From: Myxococcota bacterium
Lineage (GTDB): Bacteria; Myxococcota_C; UBA6777
Direction: 5' to 3'
Assembly (NCBI GenBank): GCA_023150835.1
Contig: JAKLKB010000029.1
Span: forward strand, 1-56,645
Length of the DNA stretch: 56,645 bases
Below are positions 48,169 to 56,645 of this stretch, piece after piece. A program made the position numbers and the translations under genes. Under the pieces are notes generated by a model, which ran no database searches, was not told the DNA's origin, and was given only the letters and a program-made list of their open reading frames with translations. Positions within the stretch are counted from its first letter, which is position 1; each line of letters begins with the position of its first letter.

Positions 48169-49968
48169 ATGAGTCAAGGAAAACCCGGAGATCCCAACGC
48201 ACGGCGTTCTGGAGCGCTACTGGTTCGCTCAGAAAAAGGCCTATCCACACAGGTCCGACAAGCGCAAGACCTCAAGCAAAAAAGCGGCGGGGTGGGACGC
48301 GACGGCAAGTACCTCATGAAAACAGGGGCGCTTGACGAAGAACAAATGAAAGATTGGCTCAGCAAGCAGTATGGCGTGCCTGCCGTCAATCTCGATGACT
48401 TTGAACTCGAATCCGAAGTCTTGTCTCTGCTCTCCCGCGAACTTGTTCAAAAGCACATGGCCGTCCCCATGAGCCGCGTCGGAAACTCCCTCATCGTCGC
48501 CATGGTCGACCCCTCGAACATCTACGCCATCGACGACTTGAAATTCATCACAGGCTACGGTGTCGATGTCGTCGTCACCTCCGAGTCCTCCTTCCAACGC
48601 GCCTTTGAAAAATATTACGCCCACCTCCCCGAAACCATCAAAGAAAAGAAACGCCCCGGACAACAACCCCAAGGCGAAGCCAAATTACCCGAGTACGATT
48701 ACGACACCCTCATGGCCGAACTCGACGCCGACCGCGTCGATGTCGTCGACACCGACGGCGACAACGAATCCGCTCTCGATCTCGAACGCTCCGCCGACGA
48801 AGCCCCCATCGTCCGCTTGGTCAACATGATCTTGCTCGATGCCATCAAACGCAGCGCCTCCGACATCCACGTCGAAGTCTATGAAAAAGAAATGCGCGTC
48901 CGATACCGCATCGACGGCCTTCTCTACGAAATGATGAAACCACCCTTCCATCACCGAAACGCCATCACCTCCCGCCTCAAAATCATGAGCAACTTGGATA
49001 TCGCCGAACGCCGCTTGCCACAAGACGGTCGGATCAAGCTCAAACTCGGGAAAGGCCGTGAGATGGACTTTCGCGTCTCCGTCTTGCCCACCCTCTTTGG
49101 CGAAAAGACCGTTATGCGTCTTCTCGACAAATCCAACCTCCAATTGGATATGACCAAACTCGGCTTCTTTGACGCCCAACTCAAAGACTTCCAAGAAGCC
49201 ATCAACCGACCCTACGGCATGGTCCTTGTCACGGGCCCTACCGGTTCGGGAAAAACCACCACCCTCTATTCCGCTCTCTCCGAACTCAATAAACCCGATA
49301 CCAACATCTCCACCGCCGAAGATCCCGTCGAATTCAACCTCTACGGCATCAACCAAGTCCAACAACACGAAGACATCGGCCTCAACTTTGCCGCCACCCT
49401 CCGCTCCTTCCTCCGCCAAGACCCCGACATCATCATGGTCGGTGAGATCCGCGACTTTGAAACCGCCGAGATCGCCGTCAAAGCCGCTCTCACAGGACAC
49501 TTGGTTCTCTCCACCCTCCACACCAACGACGCACCCGCCACCGTCAACCGCCTCCTCAACATGGGCATCGAACCCTTCCTCGTCACTTCCGCCACCAACT
49601 TGATCGTCGCTCAGCGCCTTGGCCGCAAGATCTGCTTCAAATGCAAAGAAGAGATCGAAGTCCCCAAACAAAGCCTCCTTGACCTTGGCCTCAAAGAAGA
49701 AGAACTCGGCTTTAAAGTTTACCAAGGACGCGGCTGTGAAACCTGCAACAACACCGGCTACAAAGGACGGATCGCCTTCTACGAAGTCATGCCCATGTAC
49801 GACTCCCTCAAAGAAATGATCCTCAATGGTGCCACCAACATCGAATTGAAGGCCACCGCCATGCGCGCTGGCATGATGACCCTTCGGATGTCCGCGCTCG
49901 CCCACTTTAAGGCCGGAACCACCTCGATCCAAGAGATCCTCCGCAACACAGCACCCGACTCTTTCTAG
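48169..49968 (+). CDS. pilB: type IV pilus assembly ATPase PilB
   Basis: ASDIH, ERRLPQDG, Walker A GPTGSGKTT, EDPVE, LRQDPDIIMVGEIRD, GHLVLSTLHTND, CFKC/CETC zinc motif. Confidence 0.95.
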   Translation: MSQGKPGDPNARRSGALLVRSEKGLSTQVRQAQDLKQKSGGVGRDGKYLMKTGALDEEQMKDWLSKQYGVPAVNLDDFELESEVLSLLSRELVQKHMAVPMSRVGNSLIVAMVDPSNIYAIDDLKFITGYGVDVVVTSESSFQRAFEKYYAHLPETIKEKKRPGQQPQGEAKLPEYDYDTLMAELDADRVDVVDTDGDNESALDLERSADEAPIVRLVNMILLDAIKRSASDIHVEVYEKEMRVRYRIDGLLYEMMKPPFHHRNAITSRLKIMSNLDIAERRLPQDGRIKLKLGKGREMDFRVSVLPTLFGEKTVMRLLDKSNLQLDMTKLGFFDAQLKDFQEAINRPYGMVLVTGPTGSGKTTTLYSALSELNKPDTNISTAEDPVEFNLYGINQVQQHEDIGLNFAATLRSFLRQDPDIIMVGEIRDFETAEIAVKAALTGHLVLSTLHTNDAPATVNRLLNMGIEPFLVTSATNLIVAQRLGRKICFKCKEEIEVPKQSLLDLGLKEEELGFKVYQGRGCETCNNTGYKGRIAFYEVMPMYDSLKEMILNGATNIELKATAMRAGMMTLRMSALAHFKAGTTSIQEILRNTAPDSF

Positions 49969-50159
49969 TTTGCGGCTTCTGCCTTTCGCTCTCCTTTCGA
50001 TCGATGCCGCTTCGTCGGGCGCTTTGCCGACCTCTGCGTCGCCACAAAACACCCCGCTGCGTCTCTCGCAGGGAGTCTATTTGGAGGTTCTTCTCGCCTT
50101 CTCCATATCGCTCCGTACCCTCTCGCGAAACCTTCGGCCCTACCCATAGGGAGTCACGC

Positions 50160-53066
50160 ATGCACCCTGCCATCCACACCACCGATCTCGCTCTTTTGCT
50201 GCGCTTACAAAACGAGATGTCTCCCGATCTCGACTCGCTGGCCTCCGATCTTGGAATCTCCCTCCCTCAACTCCAACAACGCCTGCGCTTCTTTCAAGAA
50301 CAAGGCTGGCTGCGTGGCTTCTTTGGCCAACTCCTTGGACGTCCTCTCGGACTCGATGTCACCGCCTTTGTCCTCTTGACCTGCCAACATTCCACCCTCT
50401 GGGACGAGATCTCCGCTCTCACCCTCACCGAAGACGAGATCCAAGAATGCCACACCCTTGGCGGCGAATGGACACACCTCCTCAAGATCCAAACCCCTTC
50501 CACCTCCTCCCTTGACGCCTTGATCCACCGCATCCAAGAGTGGCCCTCCATCCTACGCACACAAAACCTCGTCGTCATGGCCACACCCAAACAAACCACC
50601 TCCCTGCCTTTGGCCCTCTTGCCTACCGCACCCTCCTCCAACACAAATGCCCTCCCACACAACCCTCCCTCCACACAACATCCCACCCCTTCACAATCTC
50701 AGCTTCCCTCCACACAACATCCCACCCCTTCACAATCTCAGCTTCCCTCCACACAACATCCCACCCCTTCACAATCTCAGCCTCCCTCAACGCAAAAGCC
50801 CGTACCTTCACAATCTCAACCTCCCTCAACGCAAAAGCCCGCACCTTCACAATCTCAACCTCCCTCAACGCAAAAGCCCGCACCTTCACAATCTCAACCT
50901 CCCTCAACGCAAAAGCCCGCACCTTCACAATCTCAGCCTACATCCGCACAAAAGCCTGCACCTTCACAAACACAGATCCCTGCGGCTCCCCCTCTTTCCC
51001 AAACAGCCTCCCCGACCTCGAAGCCCACCGCCGCTTCTATCACGACAAGTAAAGCAACCTCCTATTACCCAGCAACCACCGCTCGTATCGCTGTCCAAGA
51101 AGCCGCCACAAACCCCGTGACGACTCCACCAGTCCCCGCCACCACACCTCCAACGGCTCCGCCCACCACAAACCCTTCATCCAGCGCTCTCCCCGCGCTT
51201 CCAGCACTCTCCTCCCCCTCCACAGCACTCCCCGCAATCCCCCCCTTCCCTTCCCTCTCCTCCCCCGCAGGAGTACTCTCCTCGACTCCCCATACACACC
51301 ACACTGCCCAACCACCCGCCGTATCCATCCGACCACCCTCCAGCACCTCGCTCCCTCAATCCACCGATGCCGCAGCCTCCGTACACCCCCCCCTCCGTGA
51401 TCCCCTTTCTTCTATCAGCGCCGCTGTCGATATCTTACTCCCCTCCATCGAGATCGATATGATCGGCGAATTGGATATCGCCACCCGCGCTGCCTCCAAT
51501 CCTCAACTCTACAACGCCGCCAAATCCAAAGATCGCGCTGCCTTCGCCTCTTCCGACTCCTTAAACGCCATCCACTCCCACACCAAAGACGACCTCGCCC
51601 TCGTCGACGCAACCCTCACCACCGACCTCACAAACCAAGACCTCGACGAAAACCACCACAGCGAACCCACTCCCCAACAAACCCACCACACAGCCCCTTC
51701 TCCCACACTTCACGCCAACACGACCGCCCCAACATCCACCACACCCTCCCCATCAACCACCACCACACCCTCCCCATCAACCACCACCACACCCTCCCCA
51801 TCAACCACCACCACACCCTCTCCATCGACTTCTGCCAGTCCCCCCGACTCGACCTCCGATCCCAAGATCCTCAACGAACGTCTGGCCTTCTTAAAGCGCA
51901 AACGCGACGCACAACACGACTCACGAGACGACTTGCCCTCAAAAGAATCCATCTCCTCGGTCTCTTCCGCCTCTCGTTCTTCGGATGCCGTTTCTATCGT
52001 CTCGCAATCTTCCTTGCCTTCGGCCTCTCCGTCCACGCAAAGCGCCGAGATCGGCGGTGTCTCGATATCTGCACATTCCCAAGGCTCCGTCTCCATAGAC
52101 GATCAGATCGCTTCGCTCCCTTCGGCTTTTGCAAACGATGCCCACGATCTCGAACCCTCCACCTTGGTCGCTCCTGCACCCGCCCTTCCGCCCCACGATT
52201 CGCCAAGCGAAACCCGACAAGACCTCTCCAGCATCGAACCCCCTCCCCTTCCAAGCGTCGATAGCACCAACCCCGGTGTCTTGCTCGCCTCCGTCGAGGC
52301 TTCCGCATGGCTGACACAAGGCCCCACAGAACCCGACGCTTGGGCTGACGAAGATCCCACCTTCGAAGTCATGATCGAATCCCTTGAAGTCGATGAACTC
52401 CGCATGGTCGAAGTCTTGAGCGCTGTCAAACGTATGTTTTGGTCCAAGCTCCGCGATCTCAGCTCCCAATGCTCCAACGAAAATGTGATCGCCTTCCTTC
52501 ACTCCTTGGATCTCTCCCCCATCCGCATGACCCTTCGCGAAACGGCCCAACAAGTCGTCGAAGAGATCGCCGAAGTCTACGCCCAAAAACTCGACGAGAT
52601 CGCCGATGCCCGCCAACTCGATGTCGCCTCCCGCGTACCCTATATCCTCGACCCAGAACGCCGCGATCGCATCGCCAGCGATATCCGAACCCCTTTCCGA
52701 GAATTTGTTGAGCGACTCGAACGCTTGGATCAAGCCCGTGATAGCATGCTGCTCTTGCTCAACGATCAGATCTCCGCTCAACTTTCTCGTCAAAAGCCCC
52801 TTCTCTCCGCCTCTTTGCTACACAAGCTCCAACGCGCCGAAGAACCCCGCAGCATCGAAACCGCTTGGGCCTTGTGGTTAGAAGCCTTGAAACGCGCCAT
52901 GACCCTCTACCAAGCCGAAGCTCCCGAGGAAACTGCACAGATGGTTCTTGCCCTCGAACAATTCATCTCCCAGTTTGAACCCACCTATAGCGCGATCTTA
53001 AACCGTATCTTGGAGATCTGGACCGACAAGTTGTTGCCCCCTCTTGAAGCACTGATCGATGCCTAA
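50160..53066 (+). CDS. Lrp/AsnC-domain protein with long S/P/T-rich region and helical C-terminal domain
   Basis: LASDLGISLPQLQQRLRFFQEQGWL (HTH); LGLDVTAFV...IQECHTLGGEWTHLLKI (AsnC C-terminal domain); 39-bp repeats at about 50663-50970 and 24-bp repeats at about 51735-51826. Confidence 0.75.
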   Translation: MHPAIHTTDLALLLRLQNEMSPDLDSLASDLGISLPQLQQRLRFFQEQGWLRGFFGQLLGRPLGLDVTAFVLLTCQHSTLWDEISALTLTEDEIQECHTLGGEWTHLLKIQTPSTSSLDALIHRIQEWPSILRTQNLVVMATPKQTTSLPLALLPTAPSSNTNALPHNPPSTQHPTPSQSQLPSTQHPTPSQSQLPSTQHPTPSQSQPPSTQKPVPSQSQPPSTQKPAPSQSQPPSTQKPAPSQSQPPSTQKPAPSQSQPTSAQKPAPSQTQIPAAPPLSQTASPTSKPTAASITTSKATSYYPATTARIAVQEAATNPVTTPPVPATTPPTAPPTTNPSSSALPALPALSSPSTALPAIPPFPSLSSPAGVLSSTPHTHHTAQPPAVSIRPPSSTSLPQSTDAAASVHPPLRDPLSSISAAVDILLPSIEIDMIGELDIATRAASNPQLYNAAKSKDRAAFASSDSLNAIHSHTKDDLALVDATLTTDLTNQDLDENHHSEPTPQQTHHTAPSPTLHANTTAPTSTTPSPSTTTTPSPSTTTTPSPSTTTTPSPSTSASPPDSTSDPKILNERLAFLKRKRDAQHDSRDDLPSKESISSVSSASRSSDAVSIVSQSSLPSASPSTQSAEIGGVSISAHSQGSVSIDDQIASLPSAFANDAHDLEPSTLVAPAPALPPHDSPSETRQDLSSIEPPPLPSVDSTNPGVLLASVEASAWLTQGPTEPDAWADEDPTFEVMIESLEVDELRMVEVLSAVKRMFWSKLRDLSSQCSNENVIAFLHSLDLSPIRMTLRETAQQVVEEIAEVYAQKLDEIADARQLDVASRVPYILDPERRDRIASDIRTPFREFVERLERLDQARDSMLLLLNDQISAQLSRQKPLLSASLLHKLQRAEEPRSIETAWALWLEALKRAMTLYQAEAPEETAQMVLALEQFISQFEPTYSAILNRILEIWTDKLLPPLEALIDA

Positions 53067-53158
53067 ACAAAGCCCTCGTCTCTTGCGCGTCTTTGAGGAT
53101 TTCTCTCTACAAAGTGCTTTTTCCTTGGCGTGTCGGGGTTTGAGCAAGGAGCGTTGGA

Positions 53159-54259
53159 ATGGATAAGCGAGCCAAAGCCCGCGAACAAAAACACAAACAT
53201 ACCACCGCATCTCCCAAAGAGATCGCGGAACATACCGAAGAACAACACACCGAAGAAGAACATCCCATCGAGATGTCGGATCAAGGCGACCACGCCTTGC
53301 TCGAAAGCCAAGACCTCAGCGCATTGATCGACCCCGATGACCACGACGATCTCTCTTCGATGCGACCTTCCCTGCCCGTCAAAGTCCACGAAGAAAAAGA
53401 CCTCTCCAATCAACTCGATCTCCTTCAAAAATACTTCCGTGAGATCCGCAAATATCCGCTCCTCACCAAAGAAGACGAGTACGACCTCGCCGTCCAATTC
53501 AGCGAAACAGGCGACCCCACCTTGGCTTTCCGCCTTACCACCTCCAACCTCCGCCTCGTCGTCAAGATCGCCATGGAATACCAAAGCGCCGTCGCCAACC
53601 TGCTCGACCTGATCCAAGAAGGAAACATCGGCCTGATGCAGGCCGTCAAAAAGTTCGACCCCTTCAAAGGCATCCGCCTTTCCTCCTACGCCCAATGGTG
53701 GATCCGCGCCTACATCCTTAAATACCTCGTCAACAACGCCCGCATGGTCAAAGTCGGGACCACCCAAGCCCAACGCAAACTCTTCTTCAATCTCCGCAAA
53801 GAAAAAGACCGACTCGAATCCATGGGCTTTAAGCCCGAACCTGCCCTGCTCGCCGAACGCTTGGATGTCCGTGTCGAAGAAGTCAACGAGATGGAACAAC
53901 GCCTCGCTCGCTCCGATGTCTCTCTCGATGCTCCCCTCGGTGATGACCAAAAAAGCCGTGTCTCCGACATGATGGCATCCGATGAAAAAAGCGTCGACGA
54001 ACGCGTCATCGAACACGAACTCCATCAACGCATTCGCGGCTTTATGAACGACTTCGCCAAAGGTCTCAAAGACCGCGAACGCATCATCTGGATCAAACGA
54101 CTCACCTCCGATGAACCCCTCACCCTCCAAGAGATCGGCGACCTCTTTGGCGTCACCCGCGAACGCGCCCGCCAAATCGAAAAAGATCTCACCCTCCGCT
54201 TCCGCGAGTATCTCCAAAAACATATGCCCGATCTGGATGCCTCCGACCTCCTGCCCTAG
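53159..54259 (+). CDS. rpoH: RNA polymerase sigma-32 family factor
   Basis: SNLRLVVKIA, DLIQEGNIGLM, YAQWWIRA, RpoH box QRKLFFNLR, TLQEIG...TRERARQIE. Confidence 0.92.
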   Translation: MDKRAKAREQKHKHTTASPKEIAEHTEEQHTEEEHPIEMSDQGDHALLESQDLSALIDPDDHDDLSSMRPSLPVKVHEEKDLSNQLDLLQKYFREIRKYPLLTKEDEYDLAVQFSETGDPTLAFRLTTSNLRLVVKIAMEYQSAVANLLDLIQEGNIGLMQAVKKFDPFKGIRLSSYAQWWIRAYILKYLVNNARMVKVGTTQAQRKLFFNLRKEKDRLESMGFKPEPALLAERLDVRVEEVNEMEQRLARSDVSLDAPLGDDQKSRVSDMMASDEKSVDERVIEHELHQRIRGFMNDFAKGLKDRERIIWIKRLTSDEPLTLQEIGDLFGVTRERARQIEKDLTLRFREYLQKHMPDLDASDLLP

Positions 54260-54469
54260 TACCCACCCCACTCCTATTCTCAAACAATCGTCCCAAGATG
54301 AGACGGACCTTCCCCCAAACACCTTCTCTCCTCGCTGTGGCGAATCCGCCTTGGCGAGGCTGTCGGAACAACGCCGCTTGTTCTTGGCGGGGCGGGTTGG
54401 CATGCTCTTTGGAGTGTTGTGGTGTCGAGAACACAAACACCTTGATACGGCAACAAAAAGGAGCGCGTC

Positions 54470-55414
54470 ATGGGAAAGATTATTCGGTGGGTTGGGCTGT
54501 CGGTGTGGGGATGGGCGGCGTGGACTTCGTGGGCTTTTGCGCAACCCCGCTTCCAAACGGGCGAATGGATGCGCTTCCAAGCCAAAGCAGGCGGCATCGA
54601 AGGCGGCGATCTGGTCGTGACGTTGAAACAAGCCCGTCAAACATGGCGCTCACAACGCCTCCAAGCCCACATCCAAGCCCGTACCAACAACTTCTTTGAC
54701 AAAGTCTATCGGATCAACAATACCTTCGAGAGCGACTTTGTGTTGGGTGCCACAGGGGCCTTCCGCGCCAAGGTCCACATCGATCAAGCCACATGGCAAC
54801 AAAAACAAGATGTCCTGTTTTCTGCTCGCGTGCATGGCACACACGAAACCTTGCTGCATCGCCAACGCATCCACTCAGCCCGCTCAAACGCTCGAATGGT
54901 CTTTGTCCAAGTTCCACCCCGCTCTCTCGGCGCAGAGCTTGTCTTTACCCGCACCAACTGGCATACCCAAAAAGGCCAGTGGCTTGCGCCCTACGAACAT
55001 CTGCACTATGTCCCACTCGATACGCACGATCTGGGCGGCTTGCTGTATTACACCCGAACGCTGCCCATGAAACAGGGACGCACCTTCCAAACGCACCTGT
55101 TTTCCGTGGGCTACGTCTGGAAAGTCCAAGGCGTTGTGGCTGGACACACCAAGATGACCTCGATCTTTGGTATTCGTGGTGCGTATCAGCTTCAAGCGCG
55201 GGCCTGTCACCTCAACAACCCCCAATACTGCCAGTCCATCACCGTCTGGCTCAGCGACGACCCCTTGCGTATCCCCCTCAAGATCGAAAGCCAAGTCCGT
55301 TTTCTTGGGGCTGTCACCGCAGAACTTGTGGGGTATCGCCGAAGTTATCGCAGCCCCAAACAGCTTTTGGCCCCACAACGGCGCTTTCCGCTACTGTTTG
55401 GCCGCAGTTTTTAA
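54470..55414 (+). CDS. DUF3108-like exported protein
   Basis: Signal peptide ending AFA; GEWMRF, THDLGGLLYY.R, VWLSDDPLRIPLKI. Confidence 0.7.
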   Translation: MGKIIRWVGLSVWGWAAWTSWAFAQPRFQTGEWMRFQAKAGGIEGGDLVVTLKQARQTWRSQRLQAHIQARTNNFFDKVYRINNTFESDFVLGATGAFRAKVHIDQATWQQKQDVLFSARVHGTHETLLHRQRIHSARSNARMVFVQVPPRSLGAELVFTRTNWHTQKGQWLAPYEHLHYVPLDTHDLGGLLYYTRTLPMKQGRTFQTHLFSVGYVWKVQGVVAGHTKMTSIFGIRGAYQLQARACHLNNPQYCQSITVWLSDDPLRIPLKIESQVRFLGAVTAELVGYRRSYRSPKQLLAPQRRFPLLFGRSF

Positions 55415-55500
55415 CAGGGTGCATCGCGGCACGCCGCAAACCTTCCGAACGCTACGAGACGCCAAAGATGCCCCCCCGCTCACCGACAAAAGGATCGACG

Positions 55501-56151
55501 ATGGAATCCGTTCATCCGCGTGCGCTTTTTTCCGTCCTCACCAACCTCATCCAAAACGCCTCCCAAGGCAACGAAGCCGCCTTTTTCCCACTTATGGGAG
55601 CTGTGCTGATCTGCGGCGTGGTCTATGCCTTCTTCGGGTACAAGGTCTACCGTTGGGTTCTCGCCCTCGCTGGCCTTGCCGCAGGTGGCGCGCTTGGCTA
55701 CTTCTTGGTCGACGCCGTCCCCGTCCAAGCCGCACAACCCGAACGCTTGCAACTCGCCGTCAGCGCTATCTTTGCCTTCGTCGGCCTCTTGATCGCCCCC
55801 AAACTCCTCCGCTTCTTTTCTTTTCTCCTTGGTGGCTTTGCCATCGGCCTCGCTGTCCACCCCGTCATCCCCCTGATCCCCAAACCCTACGGTTGGCTCG
55901 TCTTGCTCCTCACCTTCGCCGCTGGCGGCTTTATGGCCCTCCTCCTGATCCGACCCACCATGATCCTCGCCACCTCCATCGCTGGAAGTTATCTCCTCGC
56001 CTTCTGCCTCTTTCGCATGGCCATCCATTACCACGCCCTCCCCGAACGCTTTAACTTCCTCCTCTTCCACGTCTTTTGGGCCATCCTCGGCGTCTTCGCC
56101 CTCTCCTCTCAACTCCAACAACGCAGCCCCGCCCTCCTCGAAGACCGCTAA
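55501..56151 (+). CDS. multi-pass membrane protein (DUF4203/TMEM198-like)
   Basis: About 7 TM segments; FFGYKVYR..LALAG...GG, ILATSIAGSY. Confidence 0.7.
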   Translation: MESVHPRALFSVLTNLIQNASQGNEAAFFPLMGAVLICGVVYAFFGYKVYRWVLALAGLAAGGALGYFLVDAVPVQAAQPERLQLAVSAIFAFVGLLIAPKLLRFFSFLLGGFAIGLAVHPVIPLIPKPYGWLVLLLTFAAGGFMALLLIRPTMILATSIAGSYLLAFCLFRMAIHYHALPERFNFLLFHVFWAILGVFALSSQLQQRSPALLEDR

Positions 56152-56185
56152 GTTTTTGTAGAGTTCCACCTCACGCGACACACTA

Positions 56186-56645
56186 CCTACGAGTTGGAAA
56201 TCACACGGTGTTTCGTAGGGGCAGACAGGTGTGCCTGCCCGATCTCTGTTGCGTCGGTGACCTCTTCATCGCCATCTGTTTTGAACTAACCCCAACAACA
56301 GGGCAACCACAGGGGGTTGCCCCTACGTGTTGGAAATCACACGGTGTTTCGTAGGGGCAGACAGGTGTGCCTGCCCTCGCTCTGTTGCGTCGGTGACCTC
56401 TTCATCGCCATCTGTTTTGAACTAACCCCAACAACAGGGCAACCACAGGGGGTTGCCCCTACGTGTTGGAAATCACACGGTGTTTTGTAGGGGCAGGCCC
56501 CCGTGCCTGCCCGATCTCTGTTGCGTCGGTGACCTCTTCATCGCCATCTGTTTTGAACTAACCCCAACAACAGGGCAACCACAGGGGGTTGCCCCTACGT
56601 GTTGGAAATCACACGGTGTTTCGTAGGGGCAGGCCCCCGTGCCTG
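56186..56645. repeat. 136-bp tandem array of REP-doublet units (at least 3.4 copies, runs off the window)
   Basis: CCTAC recurs at 56186, 56322, 56458 and 56594; each unit has GTAGGGGCAG...CTGCCC and the inverted GGGCAACC...GGTTGCCCCTAC. Confidence 0.9.

Noticed and set aside
48685..50052. 455-aa antisense ORF over pilB (likewise 53063-54640, 6454-7947, 34334-35806)
   Set aside because: These are shadow ORFs produced by biased codon usage of well-supported genes; they have no motifs of their own.
54793..55500. N-terminal 236 aa of the 452-aa ORF
   Set aside because: It overlaps the DUF3108-like gene in another frame; the membrane protein plausibly starts at ATG 55501.
56186..56645. CRISPR array
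   Set aside because: The sequence between hairpins is essentially identical in every unit (no unique spacers), and no cas genes are in the window.

Overview
Chromosomal window from a Gram-negative bacterium that looks Myxococcota/deltaproteobacterial. This is inferred from MYXO-CTERM-like tails, Cys-rich lipoproteins, an AgmX/PglI-like C-terminal domain and PilB; GC is moderate by eye. About 35 CDS. Housekeeping genes: glk, coaBC, pgk-tpiA-secG, RNase H, xerC, birA, ribF, pilB, rpoH. Secreted or surface proteins: FG-GAP/ASPIC protein, pectinacetylesterase-like esterase, S1 protease, penicillin-acylase family hydrolase, M23 peptidase, a 1.1-kaa Cys-repeat lipoprotein, a Cys-rich/NHL protein and a thermonuclease. 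Accessory genes: a VapBC pair and an AT-richer defence islet (m5C MTase, frameshifted restriction endonuclease, HipA/HTH). The islet contains a second, mostly synonymously diverged copy of the M23 gene 3' end and is bracketed by inverted copies of a dispersed element. Non-coding DNA holds two MITE-like families with terminal inverted repeats (6 and 5 copies) and REP-like tandem arrays (39-bp and 136-bp units). Unusual protein architectures: an MshEN-like/Zn-ribbon Ser/Thr kinase divergent from ribF-pilB, a ~970-aa Lrp/AsnC fusion, SecG with a ~290-aa tail, and an EreA/ChaN-like + TonB-C-like fusion. No rRNA, tRNA or CRISPR seen. Family assignments come from motif recognition only; no searches were run.
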